DNA of 34,179 nucleotides, taken from the NCBI RefSeq assembly GCF_004010195.1, contig NC_057756.1:10497299-10531477 (forward strand). Reading direction: 5' to 3'. Below, piece by piece: positions 10,090-20,537 of the stretch. A model generated the notes under the pieces. That model made no database searches. It saw nothing but the letters and a program-made list of their open reading frames with translations, and was not told the origin of the DNA. Position 1 is the first letter of the stretch. Every line of letters starts with the position of its first letter. This DNA comes from Chiloscyllium plagiosum. Its lineage: Eukaryota. Position numbers and translations under genes: made by a program.

Positions 10090-10543
10090 CTACCCCTGCA
10101 CATCTTAAGGCACAATTTGGAGATGCCGGTGTTGGACTAGAAAGTGCAAATATAAAAATCGCACAATACCAGGTTATAGTCCAACAGGTTTATCTGGACA
10201 CCTAGAGGTAGCCCATGCAGTCTCAGGGAGAACATGCAAACTCCGCACAGATAGTCAGCCAAGGCTGGAATCAAAGACAGGTCAAGACACAATGGACAAT
10301 TTCGCATGGCCAATCCACCCTGCCTGCTCATCTTTAGAGTTAGGGAGGAAACCTTCGTAGCCATGAGGAAGAATGTGCAAACACCGCACGGTCAGTCACC
10401 CAAGGGTGAAATCAAACCCAGGTCCCTGGCGCTGTGAGGTAGCTGTGCTAACCACTGAGTCATGGCATCACCCTGCTATCAAGTCATAGAGTCATAGAGA
10501 TGTACAGAATGGAAACAGACCCTTCGGTCCAACCCGTCCATGC
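10089..10543 (+). repeat. Direct repeat copy B
   Basis: Matches 8977-9431 and begins exactly at the R2 5' truncation point. Confidence 0.95.
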
Positions 10544-10750
10544 CAACCAGATATCCCAATCCAACCTAGTCCCACCTGCCAGCACCCGAGCCCCTTGGCC
10601 CATCTGGTCAAGATTGTGCTGTAATCTGAGGTAACCCTCTTCGCTGTCCACTGGGTAACCCAAGATGGAGGACAGGAAAAATTTCTGGCTGTAACAGCTG
10701 CTCCTTTTTTGTGGTTTTGACGTAAGTCATCCCTTAGACTTACCTTTCTA

Positions 10751-10809
10751 GAAAGAGAGAGAGAGAGACAGTCAGAGGGGGAGAAAGAGAGAGAGAGAGG
10801 GAGAGGAGA
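10751..10809. repeat. Imperfect (GA)n microsatellite
   Basis: gaaagagagagagagagaca...gagagagagagagg. Confidence 0.85.
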
Positions 10810-11064
10810 CTGAGCCAGTTCCTGATGGTTTGTAATCTTTTTGCCCTGAAAACAATCTTTCCTGTATGGTGTCATCTTAACACTCTGTGTGCTCACAGCA
10901 CCTTCCTGTATTTGTAGGTTTGCACATCATGACTTACCCACTCGCCCTCCTTACACTGAGCACTGGATCCCTGCTGCTGACTCCGAGCATCAGTGGCAAA
11001 AGCCAAGTCAACAATGCAATTCTAATAACGAGCTTTATCATTTATCAGAAGTTCAAAAACAAAA

Positions 11065-11722
11065 GTCATAGAGTCATAGAAACTGGCCTTTTGGCCCGTA
11101 CTGGTCCATGTTAACTACAGTTTGCCCTCATAGGTAGTTCTTATTGCCTGTATTTGATCAATATCCCTCTAAACCCTTCCCATCCAGGTACCTGTCCAAA
11201 TGGTTTTGAAATGTTGCTGTTGTACCTGCCTAAACCACTTTCTCTGGCAGCCCATTCCTTATACGCACCACTCTCTGTGAAGATGTTGCCCCTCAGGTCC
11301 TTCTTAGATCTTTCCCCTCTCACCCTAAATCTCTGCCGCTAGTTTCCAATTCCCATTCCCTATCAATTCCCCTCATGGTTTTACACACCTCGATAAGGGG
11401 ACCCGTCATTCTCCTACGGTCCAGGGGATAAAGCCCTATCCTGGCCAAACTCTCCCTAAAACTCAGGCCAGTAATCCTGGAAACATCCTCATCAATTGCT
11501 CTTTCCAGTTGAACGATGTCCTTCCGATAACAGGGTGACCAGAACTGTGCAATATCATCCACGTACGGCCTCACCAATTGTAACAGAACATCCCAACTCC
11601 GGTACTCAATGCCTCATCCCAATGAAGCCCAGCATGCTAAGTGCCTTCTTCACTGCCCTGTCTATCTGTGATGCCACTTACAACAAATGATGAACCTGTA
11701 ATCCTCAGTCCCTGTGTTCCAT
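11065..11722 (-). mobile_element. HER1/CR1 LINE 3' fragment
   Basis: VRPYVDDIAQFWSPCYRKDIVQLERA..., RGERSKKDLRGNIFT; (catagagt) tail at 11066. Confidence 0.88.
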
Positions 11723-12222
11723 NNNNNNNNNNNNNNNNNNNNNNNNNNNNNNNNNNNNNNNNNNNNNNNNNNNNNNNNNNNNNNNNNNNNNNNNNNNNNN
11801 NNNNNNNNNNNNNNNNNNNNNNNNNNNNNNNNNNNNNNNNNNNNNNNNNNNNNNNNNNNNNNNNNNNNNNNNNNNNNNNNNNNNNNNNNNNNNNNNNNNN
11901 NNNNNNNNNNNNNNNNNNNNNNNNNNNNNNNNNNNNNNNNNNNNNNNNNNNNNNNNNNNNNNNNNNNNNNNNNNNNNNNNNNNNNNNNNNNNNNNNNNNN
12001 NNNNNNNNNNNNNNNNNNNNNNNNNNNNNNNNNNNNNNNNNNNNNNNNNNNNNNNNNNNNNNNNNNNNNNNNNNNNNNNNNNNNNNNNNNNNNNNNNNNN
12101 NNNNNNNNNNNNNNNNNNNNNNNNNNNNNNNNNNNNNNNNNNNNNNNNNNNNNNNNNNNNNNNNNNNNNNNNNNNNNNNNNNNNNNNNNNNNNNNNNNNN
12201 NNNNNNNNNNNNNNNNNNNNNN
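11723..12222. other. Scaffold gap (500 N, probably an arbitrary-size join)
   Basis: Exactly 500 N. Confidence 1.
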
Positions 12223-12304
12223 GAGATTTCAGTGATTGAGAGAGAGAGAGGCGGAATACGCTCGGAATGTTTTTTTTTGGAGCTGAGATGGTCGACAGGG
12301 GATC

Positions 12305-12915
12305 GATAGATACAGGAGTAGGCCAGTCAGCCCTTGGCACCTGAACCATCATCCAATACCATCATGGCTGACTGTACAATCTCAGGATCCCATTCCCACC
12401 CTCTCCCCTTGATCCCTTTAGCCCCATGATCCACATCCAGCTCCCTCTTGGATATATCCAATGAACTGGCCTCCAACAGCTTCCTGTGGGACAGAATTCC
12501 ACAGGTTCCCAACTCCCTGAGTGAAGAAATTCTCCCTCATCTCGGTCCGGAATGGCTTACCCCTCTATTCTGAGGCTGTGACCCCTAGTTCTGGACCTCC
12601 CCAACATCGGGAACATTCCTCCCGCATCTAACCCATGCATTCCCACCAGGATTGCATATGTTTCCATGAGAGTTCCTCCCCCTCATTCCTCTAAATTCCA
12701 GTGAGTACAATCCCAGTCCATCCAGTCTTTCCCCATATGTGAGTCCTGTCATCCCAGGAATCAGTCTGGTGAATCTTTACTGGGATCCCTCACTAGCGGG
12801 AATGTCCCTCCCTCCAGACTAGGAGACCGAAACTGCACACAGTCTTCAAGGAGTGTCCTCACCAAGGCCCTGGGTAACCGCAGCAAGACACCCTTACTGC
12901 AATACTCCAATCTTG
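12305..12915 (-). mobile_element. CR1 LINE 3' fragment
   Basis: Reverse-complement match to 24985-25600, which reads FRTEMRENFFTQGVGNLWNSVPQEAV. Confidence 0.88.
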
Positions 12916-12917
12916 TC

Positions 12918-13502
12918 GCTATGTTGCAGGTGTACAGGACATTGGTGAAGCCACTTTTGGAACATTGTGTGAAATTCTGGTCTCCTTCCTATCTGAAGGA
13001 TATTGTGAAACTTGAAAGGGTTCAGAAAAGATTTACAAGGATGTTGCCAGGGTTGGAGGATTGGAGCTACAGGGAGAGGCTGAAGAGGCTGGGGCTGTTT
13101 TCCCCGGAGCATCGGAGGCTGAGGGGTGACCTTATAAAGGTTTACAAAATTATGAGGGGCATGGATAGGATAAATAGACAAAGTCTTTTCCACAGGATAG
13201 GGGAGTCAACACTAGAGCGCATAGGTTTAAGCTGAGAGGGGAAAGATATAAAAGGGAGCTGAGGGGTAACCTTTTCATGCAGAGGGTCGTGCGTGTATGG
13301 AATGAGCTACCAGAGGAAGTGGTGGAGGCTGGTACAATATAACATCTAAAAGGCATCTGGATGGGTATATGGATAGGAAGGGTTTGGAGGGATATGGGCC
13401 GGGTGCTGGCAACGTGGACTAGATTGGGTTAGGATATCTGATCAGCATGGATAAGTTGGACTGAAGGGTCTATTGCCATGCTGTATACATCCATAACTCT
13501 CT
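12918..13502 (+). mobile_element. HER1 LINE 3' fragment
   Basis: MLQVYRTLVKPLLEHCVKFWSPSYLKDIVKLERVQKRFTRMLPGLEDWSYRERLKRLGLFS. Confidence 0.92.
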
Positions 13503-13715
13503 GATCCTATTTTGGCAAAGAATTCTTGGTAAAGATTGACTTGTGCTGAACACAGGAACTTAAGACTCCTCTTTGACATCTCTCCCCAACACACCCACAT
13601 ATTCAGCTACATTCACTCTCAATGTCTCACTCACGGTTTCCCACTTTCCCTCATCCACTCCCTGAGACATGGCCTCCCTCTCATTTCTTTTCAGATGCTG
13701 ACCTTCAGGGAGACT

Positions 13716-14380
13716 TGTTATAGACAAGGCCAGACCCCCTAAAACATTTCAAGGAGGTAGCACAGACCCTAACGCTGCTAGTTGCTTTAAGCAGGTGTAT
13801 AGTGGATATTCCAGGAGGGATGCAGCTGCTCAACCCACTTAGTTTTAAACAAAACCGAATTTACTTACAAGGTTATCGAATGAAACACAACCAAAGAGAA
13901 CAGAATACAAAATAAGTTAACCAATCTGTAAACCCAACAGACTATCACAACTTAATGCTGCTGTTCCAAATACTTGCAACAATCCCCATAAACACCTCTT
14001 GGCACAAAACGTAAAATCAAACACAGAGTCTCACAGCAGAGAGAGAGAGAGAGAGATGGCAGCATGGACCATCCTCTTCCATGGAGCTGTTTCTTAGACC
14101 TGCAGCCTCACTGTCTGTTTTCAGTGAACACCCAGACTGCTAAAACCAGACCAAACCAAACCAGAGAAAAGCTGACCTGAGAGAACTGGCCACTCCCCTT
14201 TCATTGTCCAAGTGTTTATTTTTAAACTTGAAAGCCTTTTACCGAGGCAGTATCTGTTAGTTATACTCAAACTGACCCTAAAACCTTTCAAACCCAAGCA
14301 TTTCAGAACCTGTATCTTTACAACCTCCTGAAAAAAAAACAAAGACAACACAACCTTGTTAATGGAGCACCATTGTCACA
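13716..14380. mobile_element. Solo LTR (665 bp), Gypsy- or ERV1-type
   Basis: Termini TGTTA...GTCACA with a perfect 4-bp TSD GACT at 13712-13715 and 14381-14384; no internal ORFs. Confidence 0.85.
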
Positions 14381-14419
14381 GACTGCACTGGACTACATCC
14401 CCTCCTGACCATCTCAGTA

Positions 14420-14562
14420 AAAACAAGGGCTGCAGATGCTGGAAACCAGATTCTAGATTAGAGTGGTGCTGGAAAAGCACAGCAGTTCAGGCAGCATGCG
14501 ACCTGCTCCTCGGATGCTGCCTGAACTGCTGTGCTTTTCCAGCACCACTCTAATCTAGAATC
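14420..14562. mobile_element. Penelope-derived hairpin element with a perfect ~48-bp stem
   Basis: 14449-14497 GATTCTAGATTAGAGTGGTGCTGGAAAAGCACAGCAGTTCAGGCAGCAT is the reverse complement of ~14515-14562. Confidence 0.8.
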
Positions 14563-14586
14563 CTGACCATAAGACCCTGTGCCATA

Positions 14587-14913
14587 GGGTGGCATGGTGA
14601 CTCAGTGGTTAACACTGTTAGGTCACAGTGCCAGGGGCCCAGGTTCGATTCCAGCCTTGGGTGACTGTGTGTGGAGTTTGCACATTCGCACCGTGTCCCC
14701 GTGGATTTCCTTTGGATGGTCTGGTTTCCTCCCACAATCCATAGATGTGCAGGTCAGATGACTTGGCCATGCTAATTTGCCCATAGTGTTCAAGAGTATG
14801 TGTAGGTTAGGGGCATTGTTCGGGTATAAATATAGGGTTGGGGAATGGGTCTGGGTGGGCATTTCGGTGTGGACTTGTTGGGCCGAAGGGCCTGTTTCCA
14901 CGCTGTAGAGATT
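14587..14913 (+). mobile_element. HE1 V-SINE, near full length
   Basis: A box TGACTCAGTGG, B box GGTTCGATTCC, core GTGTGGAGTTTGCACATTC, HER1-like 3' end GGGCCGAAGGGCCTGTTTCCACGCTGTA. Confidence 0.9.
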
Positions 14914-15097
14914 TGATGAAATTCTACCGTTGAACCAGCTCTCAGCCATTTTCTCCCATTTTCCCAAGATGCTGTTTGACAAGTAAGCAGTCCTGGTTGG
15001 TTGCTTCACCAGGTTGATACCCATGCCACCAGCTGTCTCACACTCTCAAATGCAAGAGCAGTCTGCTGATACCATGGTGACTTGACATTTCACTTAC

Positions 15098-15122
15098 ATC
15101 GACTAGGGACCTGAACCCATGG
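15098..15122 (-). CDS. IgSF receptor cytoplasmic exon 2 (25 nt, phase 0 to 1): PWVQVPSR
   Basis: Strong acceptor tttctgtctccatcactcttcccag| and donor |gtaagtg; in phase with the preceding 46-nt exon. Confidence 0.6.
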
Positions 15123-15715
15123 CTGGGAAGAGTGATGGAGACAGAAAGTCCATTACACCCCATTTGGGTTCTGCTTTAACCTGGAAAGCTACAAACCAAG
15201 TGCTGAAAAGTGCATGACGCTGGGTAACCAGTTGGCAGGGACGTGATGGATCGAGTGGAGACGTTCCAGCTGTAAATTGTGATGCCTTCTGTGTTTAAAT
15301 TGACCAGAGTAACCCCCGGGAAATCTGATGAAGTAAAATGGGTTTAGAAATGTGAAACGGAATTGCTTGTATACAAGTGGATAAGTTGTATTGAGGTCAG
15401 CTACACACAGTACCACGCTGAGCATTAACCTCCCTCTGTCTTCCTGAACTCCCTCACTGAATGCAGAAGCATCCACTCTCAAGGAAATCTCTTAGTTGTT
15501 TACTATCTCATCACGGGAAATACCGCTCTCTTCCTCCCATCTCCACCGTCGACTGCAGGGAAACCTTTTTTGCCCATTCCCTGTGTCAATTGCAAACTAA
15601 AAGCTCCAAATTACTCACATTATCCTGAGTTGCATCTGTGAGTTGTCTTCTGTTATTGTCCTGCTAATGAAAATATCACAATAAGCAAGGGAGGGTCAAG
15701 AGGCAGCAAAAAGGT

Positions 15716-16183
15716 GCTATTAATGGTAAGGTCCTAAGGAGTGTTCCTGAACAAAGAGACCTTGGAGTGCAGGTTCATAGCTCCTTGAAAGTAGAGTCAC
15801 AGGTAGATAGGATAGTGAAGAAGGCGTTTGGTATGCTTTCCTTTATTGGTCAGAGTATTGAGTACAGGAGTTGGGAGGTCATGTTGCAGCTGTACAGGAC
15901 ATTGGTTAGGCTGAGAGGGGAAAGATACAAAAGAGACCTAAGGGGCAACTCTTTCACACAGAGGGTGGTACGTGTATGGAATGAGCTGCCAGAGGAAGTG
16001 GTGGAGGCTGGTACAATTGCAACATTTAAAAAGCATCTAGATGAGTATATGAATAGGAAGTGTTTGGAGGGATATGGGGCCGGGTGCTGGCAAGTGGGAC
16101 CAGATTGGGTTGGGATATCTGGTTAGCATGGACAAGTTGGACCGAAGGGTCTGTTTCCTTACCGTACACCTCTATGACTCTAT
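15716..16183 (+). mobile_element. HER1 LINE 3' fragment with internal deletion
   Basis: VKKAFGMLSFIGQSIEYRSWEVMLQLYRTLVR joined directly to LRGERYKRDLRGNSFTQRVVRVWNELPEEVV; ctctatgactctat tail. Confidence 0.92.
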
Positions 16184-16532
16184 AACAAGTTAAAAGCTGC
16201 TGAGTGTTGATTTGCTCAACAGGAGGCAGTATTCCAACCGGGAAGTCTCAATGTCGAACTGGCGGGATTATTTCTAATCGCTGATACCAACAAGGACAAG
16301 TGAAGGCACAGGGATCCTGAGAGAGGTGTGTCGATGAAGTCAAGGAGAGTATGTGAGGGACAGCTGTGCAGATGGGTAAAGTGGCAAGTCACTGTGTTGG
16401 TCGATTGTCTTAACTGGACCTGTTGTCCTATTAAGGAAGTCATAGTTTCTCACCAGTTAGTACACTGATCAAGTCTGTAATCCTCAAGATTGTGTACATG
16501 TTTGAATCAAATCATTTTTATGAAATACTTAC

Positions 16533-16578
16533 TTGTCTATTCCAGCATTTGTTTATCATCCTGCAAATGAACGCATCA
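16533..16578 (-). CDS. IgSF receptor cytoplasmic exon 1 (46 nt, phase 2 to 0): (C)DAFICRMINKCWNRQ
   Basis: Acceptor ttcctgttttctgacag| and donor CAA|gtaagta; continues the TM exon frame. An alternative in-frame acceptor lies 18 nt downstream. Confidence 0.65.
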
Positions 16579-16804
16579 CTGTCAGAAAACAGGAATCTGA
16601 GTTTGTATTCTCATAAACTATAATCTGTTTTATTTCATTTATTTATTTTGCTTGTTTTTTTTTCAACCTATAACCAGTACTTGTTTGGAATGAAGTTTAT
16701 ATCTCTTGGCATCAGATCTATAAAAGGCTCCTGGAATATTTTCAACTTAGGTTACCGTGATAAGGGAATATCACACCAAATATGTCTTTATTTTCTGCTC
16801 ATTT

Positions 16805-16995
16805 TGCAGGCATCATTGTCCATCTCTCATTGCCCATGAACTGAGCAGCTTGATCGTCCACTTCAGGGGTCAGGTAAGAGTCAACTACATTGTTTTGGTG
16901 TCTGGAGTCACACGGGTAGGCCAGGCCAGCTAAGAATGGCAGATTTTCTTCCCTATGGGAGGTGAGTGAGCTAGGCATTTTTTTAGGACAGTCTA
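16805..16995 (-). mobile_element. Shark SINE fragment (SacSINE1-like)
   Basis: Reverse-complement similarity to 33262-33572 (TAAGAGTCAACTACATTG...GGAGTCACACGGGTAGGCCAGGCCAG). Confidence 0.6.
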
Positions 16996-17078
16996 ATAGA
17001 TTTTGTGATTGGTCTGCTGGGATTTTCTGACAAATCATTGCTTGAGTAAGACTAACAGAACACTACTATGCTACAATA

Positions 17079-17391
17079 TTAAGAATTAACATGAATGTTT
17101 TCAAGGCTTTGGGGAGGGAGGAAAGAAGGTTTACCAGAATGCTGCCTGGACTGGAGGGCTTGCCTTATGAAGAAGGGTTGAATGAGCTCAGACGTTTCTC
17201 TCTGGAGAGAAGGAGGAAGAGAGGAGACCTGATCTTAAGAATTAACATGAATGTTTTCAAGGCTTTGGGGAGGGAGGAAAGAAGGTTTACCAGAATGCTG
17301 CCTGGACTGGAGGGGCTTGCCTTATGAAGAAAGGTTGAATGAGCTCAGACGTTTCTCTCTGGAGAGAAGGAGGAAGAGAGGAGACCTGATC
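17079..17391. repeat. 156-bp tandem duplication spanning a LINE 5' junction
   Basis: 17079-17234 matches 17235-17391 apart from a 1-nt insertion and 1 substitution. Confidence 0.95.
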
Positions 17392-17756
17392 CAGGTGTAC
17401 AAAATAATGAGAGGCATGGATAGAGTCAATAGCCAGAGGCTTTTCCCCAGGGGCAGGATTGACTGGTACGAGAAGTCATAGTTTGAAGATATTGGGAGGA
17501 AGGTATAAAGGAGACGTCAGAGGTAGGTTCTTTACACAGAGAGTTGTGAATGCATGGAATGCATTACCAGTGGTGGTGGTGGAAGCAGAGTCATTGGGGA
17601 CATTTAAGCGACTGCTGGACATGCACATGGACAGCAGTGAGTTGTGGGGTGCATAAGTTGTTACTATATTTTACATTAGGATTAAATCTCAGCACAACAT
17701 CGTGGGCCAAAGGGCCTGTTCTGTGCTGTACTTTTCTATGTTCTATGTTCTATGTT
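17105..17756 (+). mobile_element. CR1 LINE 3' fragment
   Basis: RRFTRMLPGLEGLPYEE..., GRFFTQRVVNAWNALP; (ttctatg)n tail. Confidence 0.92.
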
Positions 17757-17938
17757 TGACACTGATATCTTTGAAGGTTTATTTTAAGATTAAATCACTG
17801 CCATTTTCTCGAAATTGAAACTTACTGCCCCAATTCCTGCTAAATTAAATGCAGTGAATTAATTTGCGACAATTATTTTAAATGCAGTTTTTTTTCTCAT
17901 TCAAATTCAGTTTGGTCTCTGTATTATGTAGCACTTAC

Positions 17939-18044
17939 CAAACGATCCAGATGATTACGCCAAGACAAAAGAATACCAAGCCCACAATTATGTAAGTCTT
18001 GCCTTCATGATTCTTAACTTCTTGACACCACTTGTAATTTTCAA
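17939..18044 (-). CDS. IgSF receptor stalk and transmembrane exon (106 nt, phase 1 to 2): (I)ENYKWCQEVKNHEGKTYIIVGLVFFCLGVIIWIV
   Basis: Acceptor ttaatctcctctgtag| and donor TG|gtaagtg; hydrophobic segment; in phase with the Ig exon. Confidence 0.8.
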
Positions 18045-18414
18045 CTACAGAGGAGATTAAAGCTTGCTTATTAGACATGGTTGAGTTGTCACATCGGTAG
18101 ACAAAGCACACACCACACTTCCTTTCCAATGATGTTGTCCCTTGTTGCCCAAGACCTCCGACAGAAAGCCACAGAGCCCGAACCAAAGCTCTATTGGTGA
18201 GGATGGACCTTCCTGCCATGACCATCTGATGTGCCCGTGTCTCACTCTCTTCCACTAACTGCCCTCAAGCTGGTTTGGACAGGGAAGAGCCAGTTGCTAC
18301 AAACCTCTTTCTGCAACCTGACTTTGCAAAGCAAAGGCTAGGAGATGTCCCCAAATCCTGCTGAGGTGCTAGGGTGATGTGAATGTGTTCTTTTCAGACG
18401 AGAGAACACAAGAA

Positions 18415-19155
18415 CAGGGTATTATTTAAATTGGGCAAAGCTGCAGAGAGCTGTAACACAAAGGGTCTTGGGTTGGAATTCTGCACGAAACACAAAAAGC
18501 GAGCGCACAGGGCAGTAGGTAATCAGGAATGTTAATGAAATGTTGGTCCTTATTTCCAGGGTGTTGGAGTGTAAGAGTAGGGAAGTCTTACTGCAGCTGT
18601 ACAAGGTGCTGGGGAGACCACATCTGGAGAAATGTGAGGAGTTTTGGCCTCCTTATTTAAAGAAGGATATCATTACATTGAAGGCAGTTCAGAAAAGAAT
18701 GATCTCTGCTATGGAGGGATTATCTCCTGAGCAAAGGTTACACAGGTGGGGACTCTACTCACTGGAGTTTAGAACGAGAGGCGATCTCACTAAAACATTT
18801 CGGATTCTGAAGGGGCTGGACAGGGCCAATGCTGAGAGGGAGGGTCCCCCCCATGGGAGAGTTTAGGAGCAGAAGGCACTGTCTCAGAGTACAGGGGCAC
18901 CAAATTCAGACTGAGATGGGGGGGAATTTCTTCTCTCAGAGAGGTGTGAGTCTTTGGAGCTCCCTGGCACAGAAAGCGGTGGGAGCAGAGTCCATGTGTA
19001 CATTTAAGAAATTCCTGATCAGTCGGGAACTCACAGATTACAGGGATAGGACAGAAAAGTGGACATGAGGAATGGCGGATCAGCCATGATCCTACTGAGT
19101 GGTGGAGCTGACTTGAGGGGCCGAATGGCCTACTCCAGTTCCTATTTCTTCTGGC
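18415..19155 (+). mobile_element. CR1 LINE 3' fragment
   Basis: ISRVLECKSREVLLQLYKVLGRPHLEKCEEFWPPYLKKDI..., NFFSQRGVSLWSSL. Confidence 0.9.
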
Positions 19156-19231
19156 CTTAAATGCAGCAAGTATCATGCAGCATTGGAATAAACTGATGTG
19201 GCTTGTACCAAGGAAATGTACACTCTGAGTG

Positions 19232-19590
19232 GTCACAGCTTCATACAGCACAGAAACAGACCCTTCGGTCCAACTCAATCATGCTGACCAGATAGCCTAA
19301 ATTAATCTCGTACTATTTGCCAGCACTTGGTCCATATCCCGCCAAACCCTTCCTATTCATGTATCCATCCAGATGGCCTTTAAATGTAGTTATTGTACCA
19401 GCCTCCACTACTTCCTCATTCCATGCATGCATCACCCTCTGCGTGAAAAAGTTACTCCTCAAGTCCATTTTAGATCTTTCCCCACTCACCTTAAACCTAT
19501 GCCCCTCTAGTTCTGGACTCCCCAGTGCTGGGAAAAAGACCATGGCTATTCACTCTATCCGTGCCCCTCATGATATTAAAAGCCACAAGA
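19232..19590 (-). mobile_element. HER1 LINE 3' fragment
   Basis: GHRFKVSGERSKMDLRSNFFTQRVMHAWNE..VVEAGTITTFKGHLDGYMNRKG. Confidence 0.9.
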
Positions 19591-19714
19591 AGGTAACCCG
19601 GACTTTCATGCATTTCATAAATAATACCTCTTGGAAAAATTGTCATATTTAACAAAGAGAAAACAATTATCCCATTGTTCTTCATTGTTGCAAATCCAGG
19701 CTCTATAGACTAAA

Positions 19715-20402
19715 GATGTGCAGGTTAGGATGGATTGGCCATGGGAAATTGTCCCATAGTGTCCAGGGATGTGCAGGTTAGGGTGGATTCATCATGCTAA
19801 ATTGTCCCATAGTGTCCAGGGATGAGCAGGTTAGGGTGCATTGGCCATGCTAAGTTGTCCCATAGTGTCCAGGGATGTGCAGGTTAACGTGGATTGGCCA
19901 TAGGAAATTGTCTCATAGAGTCCAGGAATGTGCAGGTTAGGGTGGATTGGCCATGGAAAATTGTCCCATAGTGTCCAGGGATTTGCAGGTTAGGGTGGAT
20001 TGGCCTTGCTAAATTGTCCCATAGTGCTCAGGGAATTGCAGGTTAGGGTGGATTCGCCATGGGAAATTGTCCCATAGTGCCCAGGGATGTGCAGGTTAGG
20101 GTGGATTGGCCGTGGGAAATTGTCCCATAGTGCCCAGGGATGTGCAGGTTAGCGTGGATTGGCCATGGGAAATTGTCCCATAGTGTCCAGAGATGTGCAG
20201 GTTAGGGTGGATTGGCCATGCTAAATTGTCCCATAGTGTCCAGGGATGTGTAGGTTAGGGTGAATTGACCATGGGAAATTGTCCCATATTGTCCAGGGAT
20301 GTACAGGTTAGGGTGAATTGACCATGCTAAGTTGTCCCATAGTGTCCAGGGATGTGTAGGTTAGGGTGAATTGCCAGTGGGAAATTGTCCATATTGTTCA
20401 GG
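19715..20402 (+). repeat. Minisatellite of ~13 copies of a 53-bp unit derived from the HE1 SINE interior
   Basis: Consensus GATGTGCAGGTTAGGGTGGATTGGCCATGGGAAATTGTCCCATAGTGTCCAGG; continues into an HE1 3' end. Confidence 0.95.
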
Positions 20403-20537
20403 GATGTGTAGGTGCATTAGTCAGGGGTAAATATAGGGTAATCGGGTAGGAGAATGGGTCTGGGTGGGTTACTGTTCAGAGGGTCAGTGTGGACTTGTTG
20501 GGCCGAAGGGCCAGTTTCCACACTGTCGGGATTCTAT
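20403..20537 (+). mobile_element. HE1 SINE 3' end
   Basis: GAATGGGTCTGGGTGGGTTACTGTTCAGAGGGTCAGTGTGGACTTGTTGGGCCGAAGGGCC. Confidence 0.85.

Noticed and set aside
10086..10112. TAGCC and TCTTAAGG near the R2 junction, echoing the 28S target
   Set aside because: Wrong order and wrong strand relative to the element, and too short; likely chance.
11641..12352. Long ORFs of 173-222 aa
   Set aside because: Artefacts of translating through the 500-N gap.
14587..14660. tRNA-like A and B boxes
   Set aside because: Head of an HE1 SINE, not a tRNA gene.
15511..15552. Possible extra minus-strand exon after tttccctgcag (STVEMGGRERYFP*)
   Set aside because: Short pyrimidine tract and no convincing donor; the 46-nt and 25-nt exons already join in frame without it.
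19715..20402. Regularly spaced repeats resembling a CRISPR array
   Set aside because: Units are contiguous with no unique spacers, derive from the HE1 SINE, and sit in vertebrate DNA with no cas genes.
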